Shown one piece after another: positions 8,364 through 17,730 of a stretch of DNA of 64,000 bases. Origin of the DNA: an uncultured Enterobacteriaceae bacterium (GTDB taxonomy: Bacteria > Pseudomonadota > Gammaproteobacteria > Burkholderiales > SG8-39); assembly GCA_964552535.1 (NCBI GenBank), contig CAZKHE010000002.1:10711-74710 (forward strand). Direction: 5' to 3'. The notes beneath the pieces were generated by a model, which made no database searches, had not been told where the DNA came from, and worked only from the letters and a program-made list of their open reading frames with translations. Every line of letters starts with the position of its first letter. The first letter of the stretch is position 1. A program made the translations under genes and the position numbers.

Positions 8364-9236
8364 CTAGGTCGAATGGCGCCGGCGCGCGTTCGCAACCAGC
8401 TCGCACAGCCCGGCGAGCGCCGGCGACTGGTCGTTCGCGCGCCAGACGAGGGGCGTGACGACGTCGGCGTGCACGCGCGGCAGGCGGTGCCGGCTGACGG
8501 CGGCGTGCTGGACCGTGTCGAGGACCGATTCCGGGACGAGCGCGATCCCGGTTCCCGACGCGACGCACGCGACGATGGCGTGATACGACGCGAGCTCGAG
8601 CACGCGGATCGAGGCGATGCGCTGTTCGCCCAGCCAGCGCTGCAGCACGCGACGGTACGCGCACCCGTTGGGGAAGGCGATGACGGAGTCGCCCGCTGCG
8701 TCGTGCGGGCGGCGGATCGGCGGGTGGTCGCTCGAGGCGATGAGCACCAGGCGCTCGGCGAACGCGGCCTGGTGCGCGAGGCCATCGTCCGCGGGCGTCT
8801 CCGCGACGAACGCGGCCTCGACGCGCCGCTCGCGGACGGCGGCGGTGAGCGCGTCGTTGGTGCCGGTCGTCAGCTCGACGCGCACATCCGGATAGGCCGC
8901 GTGATACGCGGACAGGATGCCCGGCAGCCGGCTCGCCGTGGTGCTCTCCAGTGCGCCGAGCTTCAGCACGCCCGACGGCGCGGCGCCGGTGAGCGCGGCG
9001 CGCGCCTGCTCGGAGAGATCGAGCAGGCGCTCGGCATACTCGAGCAAGGCCTGGCCGCTGCGCGACAGCACGAGCCGCTGCTTCTCGCGCACGAAGAGCT
9101 GCACGCCCACCGAGGCCTCGAGCTGCCGGATGCGCGTGGTGACATTGGAGGGCACGCGGTGCAGCTTGCGGGCGGCGCCGCCGATGCCGCCTTCCTGCAC
9201 CACGGCGCGGAAGATTCGCAGGTCCGACAGTTCCAT
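8364..9236 (-). CDS. LysR-type transcriptional regulator
   Basis: MELSDLRIF...AARKLHRVPSNVTTRIRQLE HTH; ATG 9236; divergent from the MFS gene. Confidence 0.93.
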   Translation of the reverse strand: MELSDLRIFRAVVQEGGIGGAARKLHRVPSNVTTRIRQLEASVGVQLFVREKQRLVLSRSGQALLEYAERLLDLSEQARAALTGAAPSGVLKLGALESTTASRLPGILSAYHAAYPDVRVELTTGTNDALTAAVRERRVEAAFVAETPADDGLAHQAAFAERLVLIASSDHPPIRRPHDAAGDSVIAFPNGCAYRRVLQRWLGEQRIASIRVLELASYHAIVACVASGTGIALVPESVLDTVQHAAVSRHRLPRVHADVVTPLVWRANDQSPALAGLCELVANARRRHST

Positions 9237-9240
9237 CGGT

Positions 9241-9311
9241 CTTCTCCAATCCGGAACAAGCTGTTCCCGGTTATTCACTATCCGGGAGCACCACGCGAGG
9301 CTAACATGATC
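9241..9311. promoter_or_regulatory. LysR divergent control region: TTC-N9-GAAC (T-N11-A) plus palindrome GGAACA-agc-TGTTCC
   Basis: Dyad at 9242-9257, palindrome at 9253-9267, candidate -10 TAACAT at 9303-9308. Confidence 0.55.
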
Positions 9312-9316
9312 GCGTC

Positions 9317-10492
9317 ATGCACCCCACGCTCCCGGTTTCTCCCCTCGCGACGGCGCTCGTCGGCCTCGCGGCGCTCGCGGCGGCGATGGGCATCGGCCGC
9401 TTCGCCTTCACGCCGCTCCTGCCCCTGATGCAGCAGCACGGCGAGGTGACGCTCGATGCGGGCGCCTGGCTCGCGGCCGCCAACTACGTGGGCTACCTGT
9501 GCGGCGCGCTCGCGTGCACGTTCCTGCCCATGCGGCCGGGCACGATGGCGCGCATCGGCCTGGCCGGCGTCGCCGTGTCCACGCTCGCGATGGGCGCCAC
9601 GGCATCGATGGGGGCGTGGCTCGCGCTCCGGCTGCTCGCCGGCGTGGCGAGCGCCTTCGTGCTGGTCGGCGTTTCCGGATGGACGCTCGCGCGCCTCGCC
9701 GCGGCGCGGCGCGGGCAATGGGCAGGCTGGGTGTACGCGGGCGTCGGCGCGGGGATCGCGCTCGCCGGCGTGGTCGCACTCGTCGCCGCCACGCGGGGCG
9801 CTTCGCCGGCGGACGCGTGGATCGCGCTCGGAGCGATCGCCGGCGGCGTCGCGCTCGTCGCGTGGCGCACGTTCGCGCGAGCGGGTGGTGGGGCGACCGC
9901 GGCGACGCCGGCCGGGCGCGGGTCGTTCACGCCGGCCACGTGGGGCCTCGTCGCGTGCTACGGCGTGTTCGGCTTCGGCTACATCCTGCCGGCGACGTTC
10001 CTGCCCGCGGCTGCACGCGAGCTCGTCGCCGATCCATCGGTGTTCGGCTGGACGTGGCCCGTCTTCGGCGTGGCCGCGGCGGTGTCGACGGTCGTCGCGT
10101 CGCTCGCCCTGCCGCGCGCCGAGCCGCGCGCCGTGTGGGGCGCGAGCCACGCGGTGATGGCGTTCGGCGTGGCGCTGCCGTTCGTCGCCCCCGGTCTGCC
10201 CGCGCTCGTCGCGTCCGCGCTCTGCGTCGGCGGGACGTTCATGGTCGCCACGATGGCCGGCCTGCAGGAGGCGCGTCGCCTCCACGGCGTCGCAGCGCCG
10301 CGTCTGATGGCGGCGATGACGACCGCCTTCGCGCTCGGCCAGATCCTCGGGCCCGTCGCCGTGCGGTTCATGCCCGCGCAGGCCGACCCGATGCGCGCGC
10401 CGAGCCTCGCTGCCGCCGCGCTGCTCGCCCTCACCGGCGCAGCGCTTGTCCTGTCCTCGCGGCGCGCCAGCGCGACCGCGCTCAACCTGTGA
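9317..10492 (+). CDS. YbfB/YjiJ-family MFS transporter
   Basis: AMGIGRFAFTPLLPLM, AAANYVGYLCGAL; about 12 TM segments. Confidence 0.9.
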   Translation: MHPTLPVSPLATALVGLAALAAAMGIGRFAFTPLLPLMQQHGEVTLDAGAWLAAANYVGYLCGALACTFLPMRPGTMARIGLAGVAVSTLAMGATASMGAWLALRLLAGVASAFVLVGVSGWTLARLAAARRGQWAGWVYAGVGAGIALAGVVALVAATRGASPADAWIALGAIAGGVALVAWRTFARAGGGATAATPAGRGSFTPATWGLVACYGVFGFGYILPATFLPAAARELVADPSVFGWTWPVFGVAAAVSTVVASLALPRAEPRAVWGASHAVMAFGVALPFVAPGLPALVASALCVGGTFMVATMAGLQEARRLHGVAAPRLMAAMTTAFALGQILGPVAVRFMPAQADPMRAPSLAAAALLALTGAALVLSSRRASATALNL

Positions 10493-10502
10493 GGTGCCGC
10501 AC

Positions 10503-11069
10503 ATGATCGCCGACCGCATGCCGATGCTTTCCCGCGAACAGATGAACGAGGCGCAGCGCGCCGCGGCCGACGAGCTGATCGCCGGTCCGCGCAAGGCCGT
10601 GTTCGGGCCGTTCATCCCGCTGCTGCGCAGCCCCGGGCTGCTCGCCACGATGCAGAAGGTGGGCGAGTACCTGCGCTTCCACAGTCCGCTGCCTCGCCGG
10701 GCGGCGGAGTTCGCCACGCTGGTCGTGTCGCGGCAGTGGACGCAGCACTTCGAATGGCACGTGCACCTGCCGCTCGCACGCCAGGCGGGCACCGCCGCCG
10801 AGACCCTCGACGACCTGCGCGCCGGACGCCGTCCGCGCGGCATGAGCGACGAGGAGGGGCTCGTCCACGATTTCATCGTGGAGCTGACGGCGAACAAGGG
10901 CGTGAGCGACGCGACGTACGCGGCCGCCGTCGAGCGGTTCGGCGAGGCGGGGGTGATGGACCTCGTCGGCGTGATCGGCTACTTCACCGCCATCTCGATG
11001 GTGCTCAACGTGGCGGGCACGCCGGGGGCGCCGACGGCGGGGGCGGCGCCATTGCCGCCCCTGCCGTGA
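10503..11069 (+). CDS. Carboxymuconolactone decarboxylase (AhpD-like) family protein
   Basis: GPFIPLLRSP, EFATLVVSRQW, FEWHVH, DLVGVIGYF. Confidence 0.85.
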   Translation: MIADRMPMLSREQMNEAQRAAADELIAGPRKAVFGPFIPLLRSPGLLATMQKVGEYLRFHSPLPRRAAEFATLVVSRQWTQHFEWHVHLPLARQAGTAAETLDDLRAGRRPRGMSDEEGLVHDFIVELTANKGVSDATYAAAVERFGEAGVMDLVGVIGYFTAISMVLNVAGTPGAPTAGAAPLPPLP

Positions 11070-11153
11070 GGCGCGTCGCGAAGGACCGCGTCCCGCGGCG
11101 GCGCGGGCCCCAGGGCGGGGCACGCCCCGACGCGCTCGCGATCGCGCCGGCGA

Positions 11154-11471
11154 TCAGTGCGCGGCGCCGAGCGGGCCGCGGGTGCGTTCGCTGAGCGTCG
11201 GGTTCACGTCGAAGAACCGCGCATCGACGTCCTGCACGCCGAACGCCTGCAAGCGCTCGACGTGCTTGCGCAGGTACCGCTCGGCGGCGGCACGGTCGTC
11301 GAAGAGGTACGCTCCCCCCGCGCGCCCGCCCGTCGCATCCTCCGTCCACAGCTTCCAGCGCAGACCCGGCTCGCCGGCGATATCGTCGGCCAGTCCGGTG
11401 CAGGCCTCGGCCAGCGCAGCGCCCCACGGCCCGTTGAAGGCGAACTCGATTTGCAGAAGAATCGGTGACAT
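11154..11471 (-). CDS. ydhR: YdhR-family putative monooxygenase
   Basis: LLQIEFAFNGPWG, LADDIAGEPGLRWKLWTE, AGGAYLF; start ATG 11471. Confidence 0.85.
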   Translation of the reverse strand: MSPILLQIEFAFNGPWGAALAEACTGLADDIAGEPGLRWKLWTEDATGGRAGGAYLFDDRAAAERYLRKHVERLQAFGVQDVDARFFDVNPTLSERTRGPLGAAH

Positions 11472-11605
11472 CGTCTCACTCCTCCGTTGAAGATGGGCAC
11501 AAGCGTACGGCGCGCGGACGAGGCAACCAAGCCCGCGCAGGTGGAAACAGCATCCCCTGGCAGTTGACAATCGGCGCCTGAGAACGAGCAGGGCGACAAC
11601 GATCC

Positions 11606-12520
11606 ATGGACCGTCTTGAAAGCATGCGGGCGTTCGTCAAGGTCGTCGATCTGGCCGGCTTCGCGGCGGCCGCACGCGCCCTCGACCTGTCCACCACCAT
11701 GGTGAGCAAGCACGTGGCGGCGCTCGAAGCGCATCTCGGTGTGCCGCTGCTCACGCGCACCACGCGCAAGGTGAATCCGACGGAAGCGGGACGGCGTTTC
11801 CACGAGCACTGCCAGGCGATCCTGAACGCGCTGGAGGATGCAGAGCGCGAAGTGGGCGCACAGGGGCAGGCCGCAGTCGGCTGCTTGCGGATCACCGCGC
11901 CGGTCGAGCTCGGCAACCTGCACATCGCGCCCCTCGTGTCGGCACTCCTCAGGCGCCATCCGGCCTTGAGCGCGTGGCTCGATTTCTCCAACCGTGTGGT
12001 CGATCTCGTCGAGGAAGGCTTCGATGCCGCGATCCGGGTCGCGCCGACCCTCGACACCAATCTGCGCGGGCGGCACGTCACGACCTCGCGGCTGCTGCTC
12101 GTCGCGGCGCCTGACTATCTGGCACGTCACGGCAGCCCGCAGCACCCGGGCGAGCTGGCGCACCACGCGACGTTGAGCTTCGCGCTGAGCATGGGAACGG
12201 TCTGGCCCTTCCTGCGCGACGGGGAGCAACAGGAGATTGCCCTCAAGCCGAGGCTGGTGTCGAACAGCGCGGACTCGCTGCGGATCGCCGCCTGCGACGG
12301 CGACGGCATCGCGCTGCTGCCGAGCTTCCTCGTGGCGGCAGACCTCCAGGCCGGCCGGCTGCGTCCGGTGCTCCCGTCGTGGTCGCACGGCGACCTGCGC
12401 ATCTTCGTGCTCCATCCGCACCGCCGCGTGCAGACGGGGCGGCTCCGCGCCTTCATCGACATCCTGATCGAGCGCTTCGGCGAGGATCCCGATCGCGAGG
12501 GTTTCCTGCCGCAGGCTTGA
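11606..12520 (+). CDS. LysR-type regulator (DmlR/CrgA-like)
   Basis: MDRLESMRAFVKVV...LLTRTTRKV; DLVEEGFDAAIR; divergent from ydhR. Confidence 0.93.
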   Translation: MDRLESMRAFVKVVDLAGFAAAARALDLSTTMVSKHVAALEAHLGVPLLTRTTRKVNPTEAGRRFHEHCQAILNALEDAEREVGAQGQAAVGCLRITAPVELGNLHIAPLVSALLRRHPALSAWLDFSNRVVDLVEEGFDAAIRVAPTLDTNLRGRHVTTSRLLLVAAPDYLARHGSPQHPGELAHHATLSFALSMGTVWPFLRDGEQQEIALKPRLVSNSADSLRIAACDGDGIALLPSFLVAADLQAGRLRPVLPSWSHGDLRIFVLHPHRRVQTGRLRAFIDILIERFGEDPDREGFLPQA

Positions 12521-12592
12521 TCCGGCGGGGCGATCGCGCTAGCTTCGCCCCTCCCCGTCGGCGTTGTCGCGGCGGTCGAACGGAGCAGCCTC

Positions 12593-13417
12593 ATGCAATC
12601 CCTGAAGTACGAATGGCCCTCGGGCGCGCGCATCGCCGTGATGCTCACCGTGATGTACGAAGCCTGGCCCGAGGGCAAGGGCCCGCCCTACGGCCCGATG
12701 GCGAGCAGCCTGCGCGAGGGCACGCTCGACCTGCAGAGCATCTCGTGGGCGAACTACGGCGGGCGGACCGGGATCTGGCGGCTGCTGCGGATCTTCGAGT
12801 CGTTCGGCGTGCAGGCGACGGTGTGCGCGAACGCGAAGGCGCTGGAGCGCTTTCCCGAATCGGCGCGCGCGATCGCCGACGCCGGCCACGAGGTGGCGGG
12901 GCACTCGTACACCCAGGACCTGTTCCTGCCGTATCTCCAGCCCGACGAGGAGCGCGCGCTGATCCGGCGCTGCACCGACATCATCCGGTCCACCACCGGG
13001 CAGCAGGCGGTGGGCTGGGCGAGCCCGCGCATGACGCCGACCGAGCACACCGCGAGCATCCTCGCCGAGGAAGGTTTCCTCTGGCACGGCGACTATCACG
13101 ACACCGACCTGCCGTACGTGGTGGAGACGCCGGCCGGCAAGCTGGTCGCGCTGCCGCACAGCGACTTCACCGACAACCGCGTGCTGCGCGGGAGCCCGCG
13201 CGATTTCCTCGACGTGTACCGCGACACGTTCGACTACCTGTACGAGCACGAGCCCGGCTCGCTGCTGAACCTCACCGTGCACGCGCACTTCGGCGCGCGG
13301 CCGCCGCTGGCCGCGATGGTCCACGCTGCGCTCGAGCACATGAAGGCGTCGTCGTCGGTGTGGTTTCCGCGCCACGACGAGCTGGCGCGGCATATCATCG
13401 CCACACCCAAACCATAA
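12593..13417 (+). CDS. Polysaccharide deacetylase / PuuE-like hydrolase
   Basis: YGGRTGIWRLL, GHEVAGHSY, GWASPR, DYHDTDLPY. Confidence 0.85.
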   Translation: MQSLKYEWPSGARIAVMLTVMYEAWPEGKGPPYGPMASSLREGTLDLQSISWANYGGRTGIWRLLRIFESFGVQATVCANAKALERFPESARAIADAGHEVAGHSYTQDLFLPYLQPDEERALIRRCTDIIRSTTGQQAVGWASPRMTPTEHTASILAEEGFLWHGDYHDTDLPYVVETPAGKLVALPHSDFTDNRVLRGSPRDFLDVYRDTFDYLYEHEPGSLLNLTVHAHFGARPPLAAMVHAALEHMKASSSVWFPRHDELARHIIATPKP

Positions 13418-13444
13418 GCTGGTCCACCAAGGAGGAGCTGTCCC

Positions 13445-14416
13445 ATGCGTGCCATCCGTGCACTCGCCCTCGGTCTGTCCGTCGTCGCCGCCGCGGCCAG
13501 CAGCATCGCCGCAGCACAGGGCTATCCGGCGAAGCCCATCACCCTGATCGTGCCGTACGCCCCCGGCGGCGGCGTGGACACCGTCGCGCGCGCGCTCGCG
13601 CAGGAGCTCGGCACCGAGCTGAAGACCGCGGTGATCGTCGAGAACAAGCCGGGCGCGAGCAGTATCATCGGCTCGGACTACGTCTCGAAGCAGCCGGCCG
13701 ACGGCTACGTGCTGCTGGCGAACGTCGGCACGCACTACGCGATGCCGTACCTCTCGAAGAACGTGCCCTACGACCCGGTGAAGGACTTCACGCCCATCAC
13801 CATCATGGGGCGCGCGCCGCAGGTGCTGATCGTGAACCCGAGCGTGCCGGCGAAGACGGTGCCCGAGTTCATCGCGTGGGTGAAGGCCAATCCCGGCAAG
13901 GTGTCGTTCGCGACCGCGGGCAAGGGCACCTCGCAGCACCTCGGCGGCGAGATGCTGAACGCGATGGCCAAGCTCGACATGGTGCACATCCCGTACAAGG
14001 GCGGCGGACCGGCGCTGAACGACGTGCTCGGCGGCCAGGTGCCGGTGGCGATCTCGATCATGTCGAACGTGCTCCCGCACGCGAAGGCGGGCAAGGTCAA
14101 CATGATCGGCACCATCGAAACCAAGCGCTCGAAGGCCGCGCCCGAGGTGCCGACGGTCGGCGAGAGCGTTTCCGGCTTCGCGGTGCCGGATACCTGGATC
14201 GGCCTCCTCGGCCCGAAGAACCTGCCGCCCGACGTGGTCGCGAAGCTCAACGGGGCGCTGGTGAAGGTGAGCGGCGAGGCGAGCGTGCGCACGCGCCTCG
14301 AGGCCGCGGGCTTCGAAGTGGACGTCGTGCCGGCCGCCGATTTCGCCAAGCTCGCGCCGCAGTATTCCGACGCGTATCGCAAGATCACGCAGGACGCGAA
14401 GATCGCGCCGGAGTGA
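13445..14416 (+). CDS. Bug/TctC tripartite tricarboxylate transporter substrate-binding protein
   Basis: YPAKPITLIVPYAPGGGVD, VENKPGA, HIPYKGGGPALNDVLGGQV. Confidence 0.95.
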   Translation: MRAIRALALGLSVVAAAASSIAAAQGYPAKPITLIVPYAPGGGVDTVARALAQELGTELKTAVIVENKPGASSIIGSDYVSKQPADGYVLLANVGTHYAMPYLSKNVPYDPVKDFTPITIMGRAPQVLIVNPSVPAKTVPEFIAWVKANPGKVSFATAGKGTSQHLGGEMLNAMAKLDMVHIPYKGGGPALNDVLGGQVPVAISIMSNVLPHAKAGKVNMIGTIETKRSKAAPEVPTVGESVSGFAVPDTWIGLLGPKNLPPDVVAKLNGALVKVSGEASVRTRLEAAGFEVDVVPAADFAKLAPQYSDAYRKITQDAKIAPE

Positions 14417-14569
14417 GCCGTCGCTCGCGTGCGGCATCGCAGTTCCCTCCGTCGCCCGACCGTGGCCGCCCTCGCCATGCGATCCTCGTCCGTCGTCGCC
14501 CGATGAAGGCGCACAATGGGGGAGCGCAAGCGACGCGGCCCGCGCCGAGCGCCTGACGGGGAGGACGAA

Positions 14570-14728
14570 ATGACGCTATGCCCGATTGCCCTGGTGGCGG
14601 GTTGCAGGAAGTGCCCGGCGTTCTCGATCTGCCCGCTGAAGGGCGTGCTCGGCGATCACGTGCCCGACAAGACGGCGCCGAAGACGCCCGCGAAGCGCGG
14701 CGCGAGCGGAGCGAAGCGCAGCAAGTAG
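14570..14728 (+). CDS. Small Cys4 protein (52 aa) with basic tail
   Basis: SD GGAGG, ATG 14570; C-x7-C-x2-C-x5-C motif. Confidence 0.75.
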   Translation: MTLCPIALVAGCRKCPAFSICPLKGVLGDHVPDKTAPKTPAKRGASGAKRSK

Positions 14729-14746
14729 CGGATCGGCGCTGCAGGA

Positions 14747-15814
14747 TCAGCGCCGCGCCTCCAGGATCAGGTTGAAGGGCGTCTCCGCCGCGCGGCGGAA
14801 GTGCCCGAACCCCGCCTTGCGGAAAACCGACGCGAGGCGGGCCTCGCCTGCCTGCGCGCCCAGCACCAGCTTGCCGCCGTCGGCGAGCGCGTGCGCGCAG
14901 CACAGCGTGGTGGAGGCGGCGTAGTAGAGCCGCGCCACCGGCGACACGTTGTCCTCGACGCGATCGTTCGCGAAGGGCTCGACCAGCATCGCCGTGCCGT
15001 CGGGCGCCAACGCCTGCGCGGCGTGGCGGGCCGCGGCCACGGGATCGCCCATGTCGTGCAGACAGTCGAAGAAGCAGATGAGGCCGTAGCCGCGCCCGGG
15101 ATAGTCGGTCGCCCGGTTCACCTCGAAGGTCACGCGGTCGGCAAGGCCGGCGTCCTCGGCGTTGCGGCGCGCGGCGTCGATGGAGGCCGCATGCGCGTCG
15201 AAGCCGCGGAAGCGCGATCGCGGAAACGCCTCGGCCATGAGCAACGTCGAGTGGCCGTGGCCGCAGCCGACGTCGGCGACCTCGATGCCGGCCTCGAGCC
15301 GCTCGACCACGCCGTCGAGCGCGGGCAGCCATTCCGCGAGCAGGCTTCCGCGGTAGGCGTTGCGATAGAACGCCGCGACGCCGCAGTACAGGCGTCCGTC
15401 GTGATCGCCCCAGGCGACGCCGCGTCCGGTGCGGAAGGCGTCGATCGCCTTGTGCTCGTCGAACCACATCGAGGCCGGGACTTGCCAGGCGTGCGGGATG
15501 AACACCGGGCTGTCCTCGTCGGCCAGCACCATCGCCTGCTCCGGCGTGAGCTCGTAGGTCTCGCTCGCGGCGTGGTAGAGCACGTAGCCGCCCGCGGCCT
15601 GCGCGTTCAGCCACTCGGCGACGTAGCGCTCGGCGCAGCCGGCGCGCTGCGCCACTTCGTGCGCGCTCAGGGGGCCGGCGCCCGCCATGGCGCGATAGAG
15701 GCCCAGCTTGGCGCCCAGGCTGACCATCACGCCGCCGTAGCCGGCGGAGAGGTCGCCGACCGCGCGGGCGAGAAAGGCGTCGAGCCTGGTGCGATCGATC
15801 ACGGGTGCGTCCAT
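14747..15814 (-). CDS. Class I SAM methyltransferase with N-terminal winged-helix domain (Rv2258c-like)
   Basis: ERYVAEWLNAQAAGGYV, VADVGCGHG, FFDCLHDMGDP; ATG 15814. Confidence 0.9.
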   Translation of the reverse strand: MDAPVIDRTRLDAFLARAVGDLSAGYGGVMVSLGAKLGLYRAMAGAGPLSAHEVAQRAGCAERYVAEWLNAQAAGGYVLYHAASETYELTPEQAMVLADEDSPVFIPHAWQVPASMWFDEHKAIDAFRTGRGVAWGDHDGRLYCGVAAFYRNAYRGSLLAEWLPALDGVVERLEAGIEVADVGCGHGHSTLLMAEAFPRSRFRGFDAHAASIDAARRNAEDAGLADRVTFEVNRATDYPGRGYGLICFFDCLHDMGDPVAAARHAAQALAPDGTAMLVEPFANDRVEDNVSPVARLYYAASTTLCCAHALADGGKLVLGAQAGEARLASVFRKAGFGHFRRAAETPFNLILEARR

Positions 15815-15952
15815 GGCTGCTGCTCCTTTGTCGGGAATGTCGGGATGACGCGGTGATGATCGCGACCCGGGCGCGCCGCGCACAGTGGCGAAATCGCCCT
15901 CGAACGGTTCGTTCGTGCCACGCCCTGCACGAGTGAGCGAGAATCGGGCGTC

Positions 15953-16984
15953 ATGGCGAAGTCATCGCGACCCGCGGGCGCCGGCGCCTGCCACGTCAGC
16001 CTGGTGGCGCTCCCCGATGCGGTGGCGTCCACGCTCTTCGGCATCTTCGACGTGGTGAACGCGTTCGCCATGATGCGCGGCGCCGCGACCGAGGCCGGCG
16101 AGCCGCCGTTCCGCGTGCAGATCGTCGCCGAATCCGTGGGGACGATGCGTCTCGCGAGCCGCGTGCCGATCGACGTTCCCGACGCCATCGACGCGGTGGC
16201 CTCGACCGACGTGGTCATCGTCCCGTCCGTGCTCCTCCCGCCGGGCGGCTGGGAGAAGGGGCGCTACGGTGGGCTGGTGAAGTGGGTGCGCGCGATGCAC
16301 GCGCGCGGCGCGGTGCTGTGCTCCGCCTGTTCTGGCATCTTCCTGCTGGCGGAGACCGGGCTCTTCGACGGCCGCGACGCGACCGTCCACTTCGAGTACG
16401 CCCGCGCCTTCGCTTCGCTGTATCCGCAGGTGCCCATCCATCCCGAGCGCGTGCTCGTGATCTCAGGCGAGCGCCAGGAGCTGGTGAGCTCCGGCGCCTC
16501 GACGAGCTGGCACGACCTGATGCTCTATCTGATTGCGCGCTACGCCGGTGCCACCGCGGCGCAGGACGTGGCGCGGATGTTCGCCCTGCAGTGGCACCAG
16601 GACGGCCTCGCGCCGTACATCGTCTTCAAGGGCCGGACGGACCACGGCGATGCGGAGATCGCCGCCGCGCAGGAATGGGTGGCCAAGCACTTCTCGGTGG
16701 CCGCGCCGGTCGAGGCGATGGTGCGGCGCTCGCGCCTCGCCGAGCGCACGTTCAAGCGGCGCTTCCTAGCCGCCACCGGGCTCACGCCGCTCGCGTACGT
16801 CCAGCGCCTGCGCATCGAGGATGCGAAGCGGCGGCTCGAGCGCACGGACGCGTCGGTGGACGAGATCGGCTGGCGCGTCGGTTACGAGGACGGGGCGTTC
16901 TTCAGGCGGCTGTTCAAGCGCACCACCGGGCTTGCGCCCGGCGCCTACCGCAAGCGCTTCCAGGTGCCGGATTTCACGCGGTAG
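15953..16984 (+). CDS. GlxA-family AraC regulator (DJ-1 sensor domain)
   Basis: CSACSG nucleophile elbow; ERTFKRRF...YVQRLRIEDAKRRLE; VGYEDGAFFRRLFKR. Confidence 0.92.
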   Translation: MAKSSRPAGAGACHVSLVALPDAVASTLFGIFDVVNAFAMMRGAATEAGEPPFRVQIVAESVGTMRLASRVPIDVPDAIDAVASTDVVIVPSVLLPPGGWEKGRYGGLVKWVRAMHARGAVLCSACSGIFLLAETGLFDGRDATVHFEYARAFASLYPQVPIHPERVLVISGERQELVSSGASTSWHDLMLYLIARYAGATAAQDVARMFALQWHQDGLAPYIVFKGRTDHGDAEIAAAQEWVAKHFSVAAPVEAMVRRSRLAERTFKRRFLAATGLTPLAYVQRLRIEDAKRRLERTDASVDEIGWRVGYEDGAFFRRLFKRTTGLAPGAYRKRFQVPDFTR

Positions 16985-17026
16985 CGAGGTGGGGCGTGTG
17001 CGGCGGGCCGGCTGACGCCCCGCCGC

Positions 17027-17057
17027 TTGACCTTCCCATGATTGGAAGCTCTAGGCT
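17027..17057 (+). promoter_or_regulatory. CueR/MerR-type promoter: TTGACC-N19-TAGGCT with ACCTTCC-N7-GGAAGCT dyad
   Basis: 19-bp spacer, with the dyad at 17030-17050 differing at one position from the CueR box ACCTTCC-N7-GGAAGGT. Confidence 0.8.
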
Positions 17058-17091
17058 GCGATCCCCTTCACCCAGCCAGGAAGCGCCGATC

Positions 17092-17598
17092 ATGACCCAC
17101 CTCCACAACGCCCATCACCTGCGGCACGTCCCTCCCGTGCATCATCACGCGCGCCACGGCAACGAGTCGCTCGACAGGGTCGCGCTCATTGCCACGCTGC
17201 ACTGCCTGCTCGGATGCGCGATCGGCGAGGTCGCGGGTCTCGTCATCGGGACCGCGCTCGGATGGAGCAACGCCGCCACCATCGCGCTGGCGGTCGGTCT
17301 CGCGTTCGCCTCCGGGTTCGCCCTGACCGCGGTGCCTTTCCTCCGCCGCGGGTACGCCTTCAAGGCGGCGTTGCGGATCGCGCTCGCGGCCGACACCGTA
17401 TCGATCGCCATCATGGAGATCGTCGACAACGCGCTCATGTTGGCGATCCCCGGCGCGATGGACGCGCCCCTCGACTCGCTCCGGTTCTGGGCGAGCATGG
17501 CCTTCGCGCTCGCGGTCGCGGGCGTCGCGGCCTACCCGGTGAATCGCTGGCTCATCGCGCGGGGGAAGGGGCACGCGGTGGCGCACGCCGGCCACTGA
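17092..17598 (+). CDS. DUF4396 membrane protein with His-rich N-terminus
   Basis: MTHLHNAHHLRHVPPVHHHARHG; ATLHCLLGCAIGE, DTVSIAIMEIVDN, AYPVNRWLIARGKGHA. Confidence 0.9.
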   Translation: MTHLHNAHHLRHVPPVHHHARHGNESLDRVALIATLHCLLGCAIGEVAGLVIGTALGWSNAATIALAVGLAFASGFALTAVPFLRRGYAFKAALRIALAADTVSIAIMEIVDNALMLAIPGAMDAPLDSLRFWASMAFALAVAGVAAYPVNRWLIARGKGHAVAHAGH

Positions 17599-17644
17599 AG
17601 GGGCAGCGCGGCCACTGCGGGCCACGAGAAAAACTGCGGCGTCC

Positions 17645-17673
17645 TGTATCCGAATCGATCCGGCCTGCGTACT
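17645..17673 (+). promoter_or_regulatory. ECF-type promoter TGTATCC-N16-CGTACT
   Basis: Same -10 (CGTACT) as the P1 and P4 promoters and the same 16-bp spacer as P1; A-tract GAGAAAAAC upstream. Confidence 0.6.
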
Positions 17674-17730
17674 TGCAGACGCACCGGCCGCCAACGCCGG
17701 TGCGCCCCCTCACTACAGGATGAGACCGCC

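Noticed and set aside
7005-9428. Very long shadow ORFs (e.g. 7005..9428, 37806..40277, 44047..46521, 50601..52913, 58519..60987)
   Set aside because: Antisense or off-frame to well-supported genes, Arg/Ala/Gly-biased, expected at this GC content; some only contain a real gene at their 3' end
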